From a virus (lineage: Duplodnaviria; Caudoviricetes): 35,502 nucleotides of DNA. Shown one piece after another: positions 1 to 9,400 of this stretch. Position numbers and translations under genes: made by a program. Positions within the stretch are counted from its first letter, which is position 1, and each line of letters opens with the position of its first letter. The notes beneath the pieces are model-generated. The model did not search any database. It was given only the letters and a program-made list of their open reading frames with translations, and had not been told where the DNA came from. The stretch covers positions 1-35,502 of IMG/VR virus record IMGVR_UViG_3300020381_000025. One strand, 5' to 3'.

Positions 1-277
1 ACGTTCCTGTGGTTCCTGATACAGCTCCACTAAATGTTCCTGTGGTTCCTGATACAGCACCAAGAGAAGTAACTGTGTTTGCAGTCAGGGTAGTTACAAT
101 TCCTGTTGTAACGGTTAGAGTTGTAACAATACCTGTGACTATTTTTGTCGCACCTGTGCTATCTATTCTTAATCTTTCTGTGCCGTTATTTGTATGAATC
201 GTCAACAAGTCATCACTACCGCTTCCAGTGGTGATACTATTAATGCCAGATATACTTTTTGGATTTACTACAGTCAT
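1..277 (-). CDS. Tail fibre-like protein, N-terminal part (runs off the window)
   Basis: Not in the ORF track. ATG at 277 reads MTVVNPKSISGINSITTGSGSDDLLTIHTNNGTERLRIDSTG...GAVSGTTGTFSGAVSGTTGT and stays open to base 1. ERLRI motif is typical of these fibres. Preceded by a late promoter and the GGGGGAAAGTGAACCC leader. Confidence 0.75.
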   Translation of the reverse strand, partial: MTVVNPKSISGINSITTGSGSDDLLTIHTNNGTERLRIDSTGATKIVTGIVTTLTVTTGIVTTLTANTVTSLGAVSGTTGTFSGAVSGTTGT

Positions 278-313
278 TTGGGTTCACTTTCCCCCTATTG
301 TTTTACTATTTAG
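278..313 (-). promoter_or_regulatory. Late promoter (CTAAATA, 307-313) plus conserved leader GGGGGAAAGTGAACCC
   Basis: T4-type late promoter core overlaps the upstream stop codon. The leader motif recurs before two other fibre genes. Confidence 0.6.
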
Positions 314-987
314 ACTACAACGTAGTTGCCGTCAACGGTCAAAGTTCCAGCGATTGATACTGGGCCTGCCATCATACCTCGGAAGTTAGTTCCGATGTAA
401 TGAGCTCCTGTGAGTTCATTATCATGTATAACCATTCCGTTACCTATGTATAAACCTTTGAATGAATTACCGATTCCTGTGAGATCATTATCATCAACAG
501 TTGCGGTGTTGATACCAACAGATGTATTTGTAGATATACCAGCAGTTTCTGTAATAAACTTACCAGCAGATACTCCAGTTAGAAATCGTCCATCACCACG
601 AATACTCGTAGCACTGACGATACCTGTCATTATAATGGTTCCAATACCACTATACTCACCAAAGGAACTATTTAATTTTGTAGAATCAACTGTCCCATCA
701 GCAGGCGTGCCGATACTTACCGCTGAACCTAACGCAATAATGAAGATGTTTGCGTCTGATGTTGGCGGATTTGAAAAAGTTATTTGATCATTGACTACCG
801 TAAATGCTGATACTGCTTCCTGTATAACACCACCCAACGACACTAATAAAGTGTTCGCAGAGCCAGGTGTGTATGCACTACCACCTGATGTTAAATTAAA
901 TGTCGTCTTCGTACCATCAAACTGTGACTGTAAATCATCCAGTTTAATGTAATTACCCTGTACTAACGCTCTTCCGATGTATGCCAT
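310..987 (-). CDS. Virion structural / tail-fibre-associated protein (225 aa)
   Basis: MAYIG start, DDLQSQFDGTKTTFNL...LLVSLGGVIQE module common in cyanophage fibre and baseplate proteins, C-terminal GPVSIAGTLTVDGNYVVV, fibre-cluster context. Confidence 0.65.
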   Translation of the reverse strand: MAYIGRALVQGNYIKLDDLQSQFDGTKTTFNLTSGGSAYTPGSANTLLVSLGGVIQEAVSAFTVVNDQITFSNPPTSDANIFIIALGSAVSIGTPADGTVDSTKLNSSFGEYSGIGTIIMTGIVSATSIRGDGRFLTGVSAGKFITETAGISTNTSVGINTATVDDNDLTGIGNSFKGLYIGNGMVIHDNELTGAHYIGTNFRGMMAGPVSIAGTLTVDGNYVVV

Positions 988-1021
988 TCGGGTTCACTCT
1001 CCCCCTTTTTTTAGTATTTAT
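988..1021 (-). promoter_or_regulatory. Late promoter (ATAAATA, 1015-1021) plus conserved leader GGGGGAGAGTGAACCC
   Basis: Minus strand reads CATAAATACTAAAAAAAGGGGGAGAGTGAACCCGAATG. Confidence 0.65.
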
Positions 1022-1040
1022 GAAAAGACTTAGTTGTCAA

Positions 1041-3035
1041 TTATCCTTCTAGTGCAGCAACTTTTGTTTCCAATGTTTCAATTTTAGCAATAGCTTCCTG
1101 TAATGCAGCAACTATTAATGGTGACATACCACCAAGATCAATTTCTTGATACTCTGGGTTGCCTTCAGAATCAACTTCATCTTTTTCTCCTGTAACGACT
1201 TGTGGCATTATCTCCTTTACTTCATGGGCTAAAAATCCCATAACATTATTGTTGTCTGTTTCTTTAATCCAATCAAAAAGAATTGGATTTAAGTTTTTTA
1301 GTTTTGTAATACCATCAGATATTGATGTAACATTTTTTTTCAAGCGATAATCCGAACTTCCTCCATAAACCATAACAGAACCATTGAAGGTGATTGTTCC
1401 TCTAGTATTACCACCTGACCCTGCGGCAAAACGCATGAGCCTGTCAGAATAACTGTCAGAAGAGTTTGAAGCAAAAAATGGAATACCTTCATTATGTGAA
1501 ACTGCTGCAGCTATACCAACCGTATTACTAGCACTACCACCCTGCACTCCTAAATATTCTGTTCCAACAACAGGTCTTGCTGTAGCATTTATACAAACAG
1601 CACCATCACTTAAAATACGCATACGTTCTGAGCCATTAACATCAAAACGCATTGGTGCAGATTCTACTTGATTAAAATATGCAGTTCCATCAGAAAGTGC
1701 TGCAATTTGTAAACCGTTATCATCACCTTGTCCAGTAGCAGCATTAGTTAACTGTAATGATGAGGTTGAAGAATTAGTATTATGAATTTTTAATTGTCTT
1801 CCACTTGTACTTGAAATATATACATCAGGAGAAGTACCACCACCTCCATAAGAAGTAGCTCCTAAAAGCAATCTACCACTTGAGTCGATGGTCATTCTTT
1901 GAGTTGCTGTATTTGCACCATCAGCAGTAGTCCAGAAAGAAAGGTTGCCAGGTGTATCATTTGCGCCTGGAGCTCCATTAACTTGTGATTTTATTGCTGC
2001 AGTATTTGAAATCAAGTCAGTACCATCATCAGCAACAAAGAATATATTTCCTACTTCGTCACCATTATTAAGTATCGTGCGTGATCCAACAGATGCGTTT
2101 CTAGATTTTGACAACACAAGAAATGCTCCTTGAGCATCATTACTACCTCTTCTAATGGCAACAGAACTTGTGCTTGCGTCTGTCCCAAATGTTTGAACCC
2201 TTGCATTCAATCCAATTGTGTTCTCAGCAGTGTCATCGCCTATGAGAACTCTGCCAGCTGATGTGATGCGAACTCTTTCCGTTGGTGATGCTGCACCATC
2301 AGCAGTTGTATAGAACTGAAGACGGCCAGGCATATCGTTAGAACCTGGCGTTCCATCCACAGAAGCAATTATTTTTGCAGCTTCACTATTAATATCGGTT
2401 CCATCATCACCACTAAATGTAATTCTTCCTAATTCATCATCATCTTGAACAATAGTATTTGATCCAATCGTTGCATTTCTTGATTTACCGATATAAAGAC
2501 CACTGCCAGCAGCATCCGCACTATGCCTTATAAAACTAGCACCACCTCTACTATCTGTTGATTTAACCTGTACAAATGGGCCCTCTCCATTAGATGTGGA
2601 TGTTGATGCAGTATGACCTACAATTAAAATACCACCATTAATATTAACGTTTGATTCTCCAGTTAATGCGGTGGCACTAGAAGAAGTTACAACTCTATTA
2701 TCTACACCACCTGATAATGTTGGATTACCAGATGCAGTTCCTGTTACGTTTCCTGTTACGTTTCCAGTTACTGTTCCCACAAATGTTGTTGCGGTTGTAA
2801 CACCTGTAAAGAATCCATCTCCATCCTTACTTAAAGTTATACCACTACCAACTACAATACCGTTTCGAGCAGTAATCAAACCAACTGCATCTACATTTGT
2901 TACGTCTTCATAAGTTAATGTACCACCAATCGAAACAGTTCCACCAACAGCGAGTGTGTTCGTGACTGTAAGAACACCAACAGTAACGTCTGTGGTGTTC
3001 TTTATTACTTGTCCTGTGACTTTGGTGAGTGCCAT
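1041..3035 (-). CDS. Tail fibre protein with C-terminal intramolecular chaperone (peptidase S74-like) domain (664 aa)
   Basis: Repeated ERxRITSxG / KSRNA..G fibre modules, SSDYRLKKN autocleavage motif followed by GFLAHEV and a terminal coiled coil. Confidence 0.85.
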   Translation of the reverse strand: MALTKVTGQVIKNTTDVTVGVLTVTNTLAVGGTVSIGGTLTYEDVTNVDAVGLITARNGIVVGSGITLSKDGDGFFTGVTTATTFVGTVTGNVTGNVTGTASGNPTLSGGVDNRVVTSSSATALTGESNVNINGGILIVGHTASTSTSNGEGPFVQVKSTDSRGGASFIRHSADAAGSGLYIGKSRNATIGSNTIVQDDDELGRITFSGDDGTDINSEAAKIIASVDGTPGSNDMPGRLQFYTTADGAASPTERVRITSAGRVLIGDDTAENTIGLNARVQTFGTDASTSSVAIRRGSNDAQGAFLVLSKSRNASVGSRTILNNGDEVGNIFFVADDGTDLISNTAAIKSQVNGAPGANDTPGNLSFWTTADGANTATQRMTIDSSGRLLLGATSYGGGGTSPDVYISSTSGRQLKIHNTNSSTSSLQLTNAATGQGDDNGLQIAALSDGTAYFNQVESAPMRFDVNGSERMRILSDGAVCINATARPVVGTEYLGVQGGSASNTVGIAAAVSHNEGIPFFASNSSDSYSDRLMRFAAGSGGNTRGTITFNGSVMVYGGSSDYRLKKNVTSISDGITKLKNLNPILFDWIKETDNNNVMGFLAHEVKEIMPQVVTGEKDEVDSEGNPEYQEIDLGGMSPLIVAALQEAIAKIETLETKVAALEG

Positions 3036-3050
3036 TTATCTCTTTTTAGT

Positions 3051-3057
3051 TATTTAT
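3051..3057 (-). promoter_or_regulatory. Late promoter ATAAATA for the 1041-3035 fibre gene
   Basis: T4-like late consensus about 15 nt upstream of the ATG. Confidence 0.6.
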
Positions 3058-3257
3058 TCAACAACCTCTGGTTCTGTGGTTGTTTCTGGAGTTGTCTCCT
3101 CTTCTTTTGGTAAAGTCACACCGATTTCGGTAAGATACTCAATTGCACCTGTGACTTTCATTAATAAATTTCTTTTCTTTTCAATCTCATTAGAAAGTGC
3201 AACTTGCTGGTCAGCAAGTGATTTAAGATGAGTTGAATGATCGATTCCTTCAGCCAT
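3054..3257 (-). CDS. Small acidic coiled-coil hypothetical protein (67 aa)
   Basis: Fills the gap between two fibre genes, has heptad pattern and KVTGAIEYL motif, and has its own sigma70-type promoter. Confidence 0.7.
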   Translation of the reverse strand: MAEGIDHSTHLKSLADQQVALSNEIEKKRNLLMKVTGAIEYLTEIGVTLPKEEETTPETTTEPEVVE

Positions 3258-3280
3258 AATTAAAAAATACTTTTATCTCT

Positions 3281-3309
3281 ATTATATATCATAGTTTTGA
3301 TGATGTCAA
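3281..3309 (-). promoter_or_regulatory. Perfect sigma70-type (early) promoter TTGACA-N17-TATAAT
   Basis: -35 at 3304-3309, -10 at 3281-3286, 17-nt spacer. Confidence 0.85.
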
Positions 3310-3330
3310 TTATTAAATTAACCAAAATGA

Positions 3331-4998
3331 TTATCCTATCAGGTATCCACAGAAATATGTATGAGGATCTGATGCACCAGCAGTGTAGTAAGTAAGGTTA
3401 GTATTGTCAACTTGAACAAATATGCGATCACCAGTATCCATCTGGTAAACAACAGATGCTGATGTGGCACGATCATTATTGTTTACACTATTAGCGTGAA
3501 AACCATTTTGAGTTATATTATTACCAGCATAACTATTACTTGCATCTTCAATACGGTAATGGAATCTTGCATTAGTTGTGGAATTTTTTGCCCATATTTG
3601 CACAAAGAAATAATAAAATCCAGATACAGGTGCTACAAATTTGTAAGTGCTAGTGTCAAAATGACTTCCATTATTATGTTTAACAACATTAAAAGGTATT
3701 GTATCACCGTTATTTGTAGTGTTATCTCCTCCGTTAATTGTTGCAAAGAAAGATGGTGTCTCTGGTTTTGTTACATGTCCAGCAGAACTGATTTTCAATC
3801 CTACATTATTACCTTGATCACGATAGAATATCCAATCACCAGTGCCTGCACTAGAATCTGTATTTGTAACTACTAATCTTTTCTTATGAACTCCTGCTAC
3901 ACGGAAGTCAATACCAGTTGCAAATGAAGCACCAGCAGTTCCATTTGCATAGGTGTCAATATCTAAAGCTGGATGATTACCTGTTGTTGCTGACGCATGA
4001 GTTCTGTCTATGGATAATTTACCATCTGATGCGATGCGAAGTCTTTCTGTTAAATTATTATCAGTTCCTCTATCTGCATATGGTTGATGTTGAAAAGCAA
4101 AGAAATTACCAGTAGTTTGAGTGAATCCACCACCACTGCCACCAACACTCATCCCAATGTGTTTTGAATTGTTATAATTTGATATAATTGCTGGTACACC
4201 ATTCTTTTGAACTTCAAACATTCCAGCTGGAGTGCAATTTATACCTACTTCTCCACCTGATGTGATGCGAAGTCTTTCAGTTGGTGTAGAAACTCCTCCT
4301 TGTGCTGTTAAAAAAGTTACTATTTGATCATTATAAGTTCCAGCATCAACATTTGTTACTTTAACTCCAGACATGGCACCGCCACCATCTTCAATTCCAA
4401 GAAGAACACTACCAGCATTACCATCTGCGTGACTACTAGATGCTATTTGTCCAATTTCTATATTGCTTCCTATTGGAACTTGTAAACTACCATCGGATTT
4501 GATGCGAATTCTTTCACTACCACCAGTTTCTGCTGTAATTGTATCAGCAGCAGGGAATCTGATTGCAGTGTTTGTATCACCAGTGTGAATTATCTTATCA
4601 GCAATATCTACATCACCTGTAAAAGTTCCTGTGGATCCAGCAATGGTTCCTCCACTTATATTTCCTGTTACGTTTCCTGTTAAAGCACCAACGAAAGTTG
4701 TTGCAGTTGTGACTCCTGTGAAGAATCCATCACCATCCTTACTTAAAGTTATTCCACTACCAACTACGACACCATTTCTTGCAGTTATAAGTCCTACGGC
4801 ATCTACGTTAGTTACGTCTTCATACGTCAAAGTTCCAGCAATTGAAACTGTGCCACCAATTGAAACATCACTGACAAAATTTACCGTACCACCAACTGAA
4901 AGAACATTATCTGAAGAGTTTAATGTTGCAATAGTAGTGACACCAGCAAATTGAATACCAGTCGAAACACCAATACTTCCAATTTTGGTCAGTGACAT
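3331..4998 (-). CDS. Tail fibre protein with C-terminal C1q-like domain (555 aa)
   Basis: N-terminal module shared with the 1041-3035 fibre, ERLRI repeats, C-terminal PSFFA...IPFNVVKHNNGSHFD...FVAPVSGFYYF...FCGYLIG typical of the C1q fold. Confidence 0.8.
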   Translation of the reverse strand: MSLTKIGSIGVSTGIQFAGVTTIATLNSSDNVLSVGGTVNFVSDVSIGGTVSIAGTLTYEDVTNVDAVGLITARNGVVVGSGITLSKDGDGFFTGVTTATTFVGALTGNVTGNISGGTIAGSTGTFTGDVDIADKIIHTGDTNTAIRFPAADTITAETGGSERIRIKSDGSLQVPIGSNIEIGQIASSSHADGNAGSVLLGIEDGGGAMSGVKVTNVDAGTYNDQIVTFLTAQGGVSTPTERLRITSGGEVGINCTPAGMFEVQKNGVPAIISNYNNSKHIGMSVGGSGGGFTQTTGNFFAFQHQPYADRGTDNNLTERLRIASDGKLSIDRTHASATTGNHPALDIDTYANGTAGASFATGIDFRVAGVHKKRLVVTNTDSSAGTGDWIFYRDQGNNVGLKISSAGHVTKPETPSFFATINGGDNTTNNGDTIPFNVVKHNNGSHFDTSTYKFVAPVSGFYYFFVQIWAKNSTTNARFHYRIEDASNSYAGNNITQNGFHANSVNNNDRATSASVVYQMDTGDRIFVQVDNTNLTYYTAGASDPHTYFCGYLIG

Positions 4999-4999
4999 C

Positions 5000-5329
5000 T
5001 TATGTAATCTCCATAATTGTTAAGGCGGTGTCAACACTATTGTTTACATCACTATCTACAGTTAAAGTATCTGTTGCCTCTAATACCACCTTGTTTCCAG
5101 CCATAAATTCAAGTGATGAACCCTGTGGTAATGGAGCATTCTTAAGTAATTTTATATCTTCAGTAGTCCCTGCACGAGTAATTCCAACTCCTACATTGAC
5201 ACCAGACCCAGAAGTATTTGCCATTGTAATACCAATCACAACGGTTGTTGTTGCGGCAGGAGCAGTGTATATTCCCACTGTGGTCACTCCCACATTTGCT
5301 TTTGTTTTTAATTTAAAGGTGTTTGCCAT
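5000..5329 (-). CDS. Conserved small virion/fibre-associated protein (109 aa)
   Basis: MANTFK...GNKVVLEATDTL...ALTIMEIT family, found directly after a fibre ending in ALAIALG. Confidence 0.65.
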   Translation of the reverse strand: MANTFKLKTKANVGVTTVGIYTAPAATTTVVIGITMANTSGSGVNVGVGITRAGTTEDIKLLKNAPLPQGSSLEFMAGNKVVLEATDTLTVDSDVNNSVDTALTIMEIT

Positions 5330-5336
5330 TTTGTGA

Positions 5337-6446
5337 TTATCCTAAAGCGATTGCAAGTGCGGTTGCGTCACCACTTGCAGTGGTTAAGACGCTAGATCCA
5401 GCCTGACGAATTGTGCCTGTGCTATTTATATCACCATCTACATCTAGTGTATATGCAGGGCCGACTGAGTTGATACCAACTCTAGTTGCTGGTGTTCCCT
5501 GTACCTTGACCATTGTTGCACCCATACCAACATTTAATAATGCTGATGTGGTCATACCAGAGACATATGCGTTTGTAGCAGTCAAGAATCCAACTGTACC
5601 AACTCCAGATACGAAAGCGTTTGTTGCAGTCAGGAATCCAACTGTACCAACTCCAGTTACATTTAACTTTGAGGTTGTAGTTACACCAGTAACAAAGGCA
5701 TTTGCTGTGGTGGTAAATCCAATCGTTGCAATTCCTGTAATGGTTGCGTTACGAGCATTAACCTCATCAAAGGTTAAGTCACCACCAATATCAAGATTTC
5801 CATTAAAGTATGCATTACCAGTAACAGTTAATGCACCACCAACTGTTGTTGCACCACCAACATTTAAGTCTTCACCGATTGCAAGACTCTTTTCAAATCT
5901 TGAATTAGAAGCGAACTTAGCAGCACCTGTAAATGTTGAAATACCTGTGATAGTTGCAGCAGCACCAACATTAAGATCTTCACCAATCTCTAACGCCTTT
6001 TCAAATCTTGAATCAGCTGCAAACTTAGCACCACCTGTAACTGTCAATGCAGCACCGACTGTTGCAGCAGCACCAACATTTAAATCTTTTGTGACTGTTG
6101 CACCAACTGATACAGAAATATCAGTTGCAGTCAATGACTGAACTGTTGAAAATCCACTTACGTTTAATGATGTGGCGTTGGCCTTTCCAAGTGTTGAGAA
6201 TCCAGTAACAACCGCATCAAGTGTGGTCATCGTTGTGACACCAACTGAACCAGCTGTAACGATACCTACAAACTTACCAACCCAACTTTCTACTTGACTA
6301 TCTGATAATATTTTTCCACGCACGTCAAGAGTTGCGGTGGGAACTGTTGTACCTATCGCAACTCTGTTGTTAGCTGAATCGACAAAGAGAGTATTAGTAT
6401 CTACCTCTAAGCCGTTTTTGACTACAAAATTCTTATTTACTGCCAT
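5337..6446 (-). CDS. Tail fibre-like structural protein (369 aa) with internal repeats
   Basis: MAVNKNFVVKNGLEV start, repeated AKFAxxSRFEKxLxIGEDLNVG and GVGTVGFLTATNAxVS units, C-terminal DATALAIALG. Confidence 0.75.
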   Translation of the reverse strand: MAVNKNFVVKNGLEVDTNTLFVDSANNRVAIGTTVPTATLDVRGKILSDSQVESWVGKFVGIVTAGSVGVTTMTTLDAVVTGFSTLGKANATSLNVSGFSTVQSLTATDISVSVGATVTKDLNVGAAATVGAALTVTGGAKFAADSRFEKALEIGEDLNVGAAATITGISTFTGAAKFASNSRFEKSLAIGEDLNVGGATTVGGALTVTGNAYFNGNLDIGGDLTFDEVNARNATITGIATIGFTTTANAFVTGVTTTSKLNVTGVGTVGFLTATNAFVSGVGTVGFLTATNAYVSGMTTSALLNVGMGATMVKVQGTPATRVGINSVGPAYTLDVDGDINSTGTIRQAGSSVLTTASGDATALAIALG

Positions 6447-6481
6447 TGGGTTTCACTCTCCACCCTTTTCTTTTTATTTAT
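6447..6481 (-). promoter_or_regulatory. Late promoter (ATAAATA, 6475-6481) plus conserved leader GGGTGGAGAGTGAAACCC
   Basis: Minus strand reads CATAAATAAAAAGAAAAGGGTGGAGAGTGAAACCCAATG. Confidence 0.6.
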
Positions 6482-6485
6482 GAGA

Positions 6486-9400
6486 TTAAGTTGCTGGGAA
6501 AACTGAAAGTATTCCAACCATTCCACTGTGATTTGTACACTGGTAGAATAATTGTGCTGGTGCAGCGAATGGAACTTCAAATTTAACAACTCCAACTGCT
6601 GCTCCATTGTTTGTAACTCCAGTATTATAAGCAGATCCTCCATCTGATGATCGTATCTGGAATGGATGACCACTTGCGTTCACGTTAAACTCATATGTTT
6701 GACCCCTTGCAACGTAAATTGTTGAGTTGTCAGCTGATCCATCAAGTCCGCCAGGCCCTGTGAAACGATATGAAGATGATCCATTGTTTACAACTGACCA
6801 TCTAGATGTCACTGCATCTGATAGATCACCAACAAACTTGGTTGCAGTTGAAATACCAGTTACAAATGCGTCTCCATCAGAACTCAGTGTAACTCCAGAT
6901 CCAACTTTAACTGTGGTTGCAGTTAGAATACCAACATTATATTTCTCAGTTCCAAGACCAACTGTAAGGTCTGATCCTACGTTAACCAGTTGAGTCCAAG
7001 CACCAGCGTGTGCATAGAATGCCTTACCAGCAACGTGAACATGAACAAATGCACCATGATATGTGGATGCAGATGGTAGATCTGAGTAGTTATTATATAA
7101 GAATGGTATGATGTTGTTTGTTGAGATTCCAAGAACTCTCTTACCAATCGTTGTAATACCAGTTGTAAGCACATCTCCATCTGGACTTAGAGTTATTCCT
7201 GATCCAATTGATGTAATACCAGTTGCAAATACGTCTCCATCAGGACTTAGAGTGATTCCTGATCCAACAAGAGTATTTGATCTGAATGTTGCAATTCCAG
7301 CAACATCTAGAATACCTGTTCTTACGTTAGCAGTATTAATACCGACTCCATTCATATCTTTGAATGTTGTTGCAGTTATAATACCAACGACATTGATTCC
7401 AGATTCACTTAATGTGACGGCAGATCCAACAGTTGTATGTTCAAGTGTTGCACTTGTCGCTGTAAGATCACCTGTATTTGAATTAAATGTGAGGTTGGTT
7501 CCAGTCTTAGGTGGTAAGTTTCCTGTTGCACCTGTCGCAAACAACACGTTACATGTTGTATCTGTTGATTCATCAGCAAGAGTAACGTTTGTGGCGTTTG
7601 TTGCAGTTCCAGTGACATCACCAGTGACATCACCTGTGACATTACCTGTCAAGTTTCCAACGAATGTGGTTGATGTGGTTACGCCTGTTGCAAATACATC
7701 ACCATCAGGACTTACAGTGACTCCTGTGCCGACTTGTAAAGTGTTGCTAAGAGTTGAAACACCTGTGATATTAAGATTTCTACCAGTGATTTCATCGTAT
7801 GTAATATCGCCTGCGACATCTAAGTCTCCACCAATTCTCACACGACCTGTAACAGTTAGAATACCGACTGTTGTAATACCAGTTGCAAATATATCTCCAT
7901 CAGGACTTAAAGTAACTCCTGATCCAATCAGAACATCATTTTGAAGGGTTGAAATACCTGTAACATTTAACTTATCCGTAATAATATTATCTGTTCCAGC
8001 AGCACCAACAATAGTTGCAATACCAACTGAGAATTGAACTGATAGATTATCTCCAAAATTAACTGTCGCAGCAGTTCCAACCGCACTTCCACTATCCTTA
8101 ACTGTAATACCAGATCCGATTCCAATTACACCTGTGAGTGCAGAACCATCTCCAGTAAATTCAGTCGCCTTTATAGTTCCATCAACATCTAATCTCTCAC
8201 TCGGAGTGTGAGATCCAATCGCTACATTACCATTTCCTTTAACTTGAATTACGGGAGCCTCTTGACCCTCTGGACGAACTTGAAAATCAGATCCAACTCC
8301 AACAATTTCTGTTTCAGAGGAGCCATTTCTAAGTTTAATTCCTGATATAGAGTCACTACTACTAATAACTAAAGGAACATTAATAGAACCACTGTTAATT
8401 TCAACTAATTGACTTCCTTGTACCGATGTGGTTCCAATACCAATCTTATCAACACTAACATGAACTGAATCTTGATCATTAGACACAAGACCAAACTTTC
8501 TCCAAGTGTTTTGTGTAGTATAAACCCAACCAGCATAACCACCCTGAGATGGTTTGGTAGTGAGAACCACATCTCCAGCAGCACCACCGACTGACGGTGT
8601 TGCGATTCCGACTGTAATCTTTCTAGCAACCTTACCATCACCCTGTAATTGTAATGATACTGCTTCAATACCATCAACAGATGTGGATGTTACTTTATTA
8701 GTAAAGATAGATGGGCCGTTGAACTCTGATAATACATCTTTGTTTGCACCACCAGTTACTTTGATTGCATCTGTATCTGTCTTATAAACATCATGTCCTT
8801 CACCAGTTACAGATGTGATAGGTGCATCAAATATTTCTTCTTCACCTGTTGTTCCCTTGATAACCTTGTTACCAATGAAGTATTCACCAACATCATTTAA
8901 ACCAGTGTAGAAGTTTTGTCCTCCACCTCTCTTCTGTGTTTGTCCTAACTTACGATCTTCTGTAGATAGAACCTTAGTTTGTTTCTCTGGTAAAGCAACA
9001 GAGTAGTTACCTTGACCAAATCCAACATACTCAAATGTCTGGTTTGCAGCACGAATGAGTGAGTTTCTTCTTGATTCAACAGGAACCACACGAACTTTCT
9101 TGATCTGTGTTCCTGATATATGGTTTGTTGACTTAGTTCCAAACACACCTCTGAATACAGAGTTAATTGATGTGTTCTTAATTCTCATCATCTCATCATT
9201 GACCATGATGTAATCACCAATGTTCAATCCACTTGTACTTGCATCTGAAATAACAATTGAAGATGATGTGGATGTGATACCAGATGAAAGTGTTGTGGTA
9301 ATTCCAACAAAGAAATTAGACATTCTACTTCCAATCTTCTCATCATCAGCACTAATTGCACCATCAGCAGATGAATATCCGCCAGGGAATCCAAATACTG

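Noticed and set aside
1012-1040. TTGACA at 1035-1040 as an early promoter
   Set aside because: No convincing -10 hexamer at 16-18 nt; the ATAAATA late core explains the site.
1041-6446. Diversity-generating retroelement or invertase shufflon acting on fibre tips
   Set aside because: No reverse transcriptase or recombinase in the window, no adenine-specific TR/VR pair and no inverted cassettes seen.
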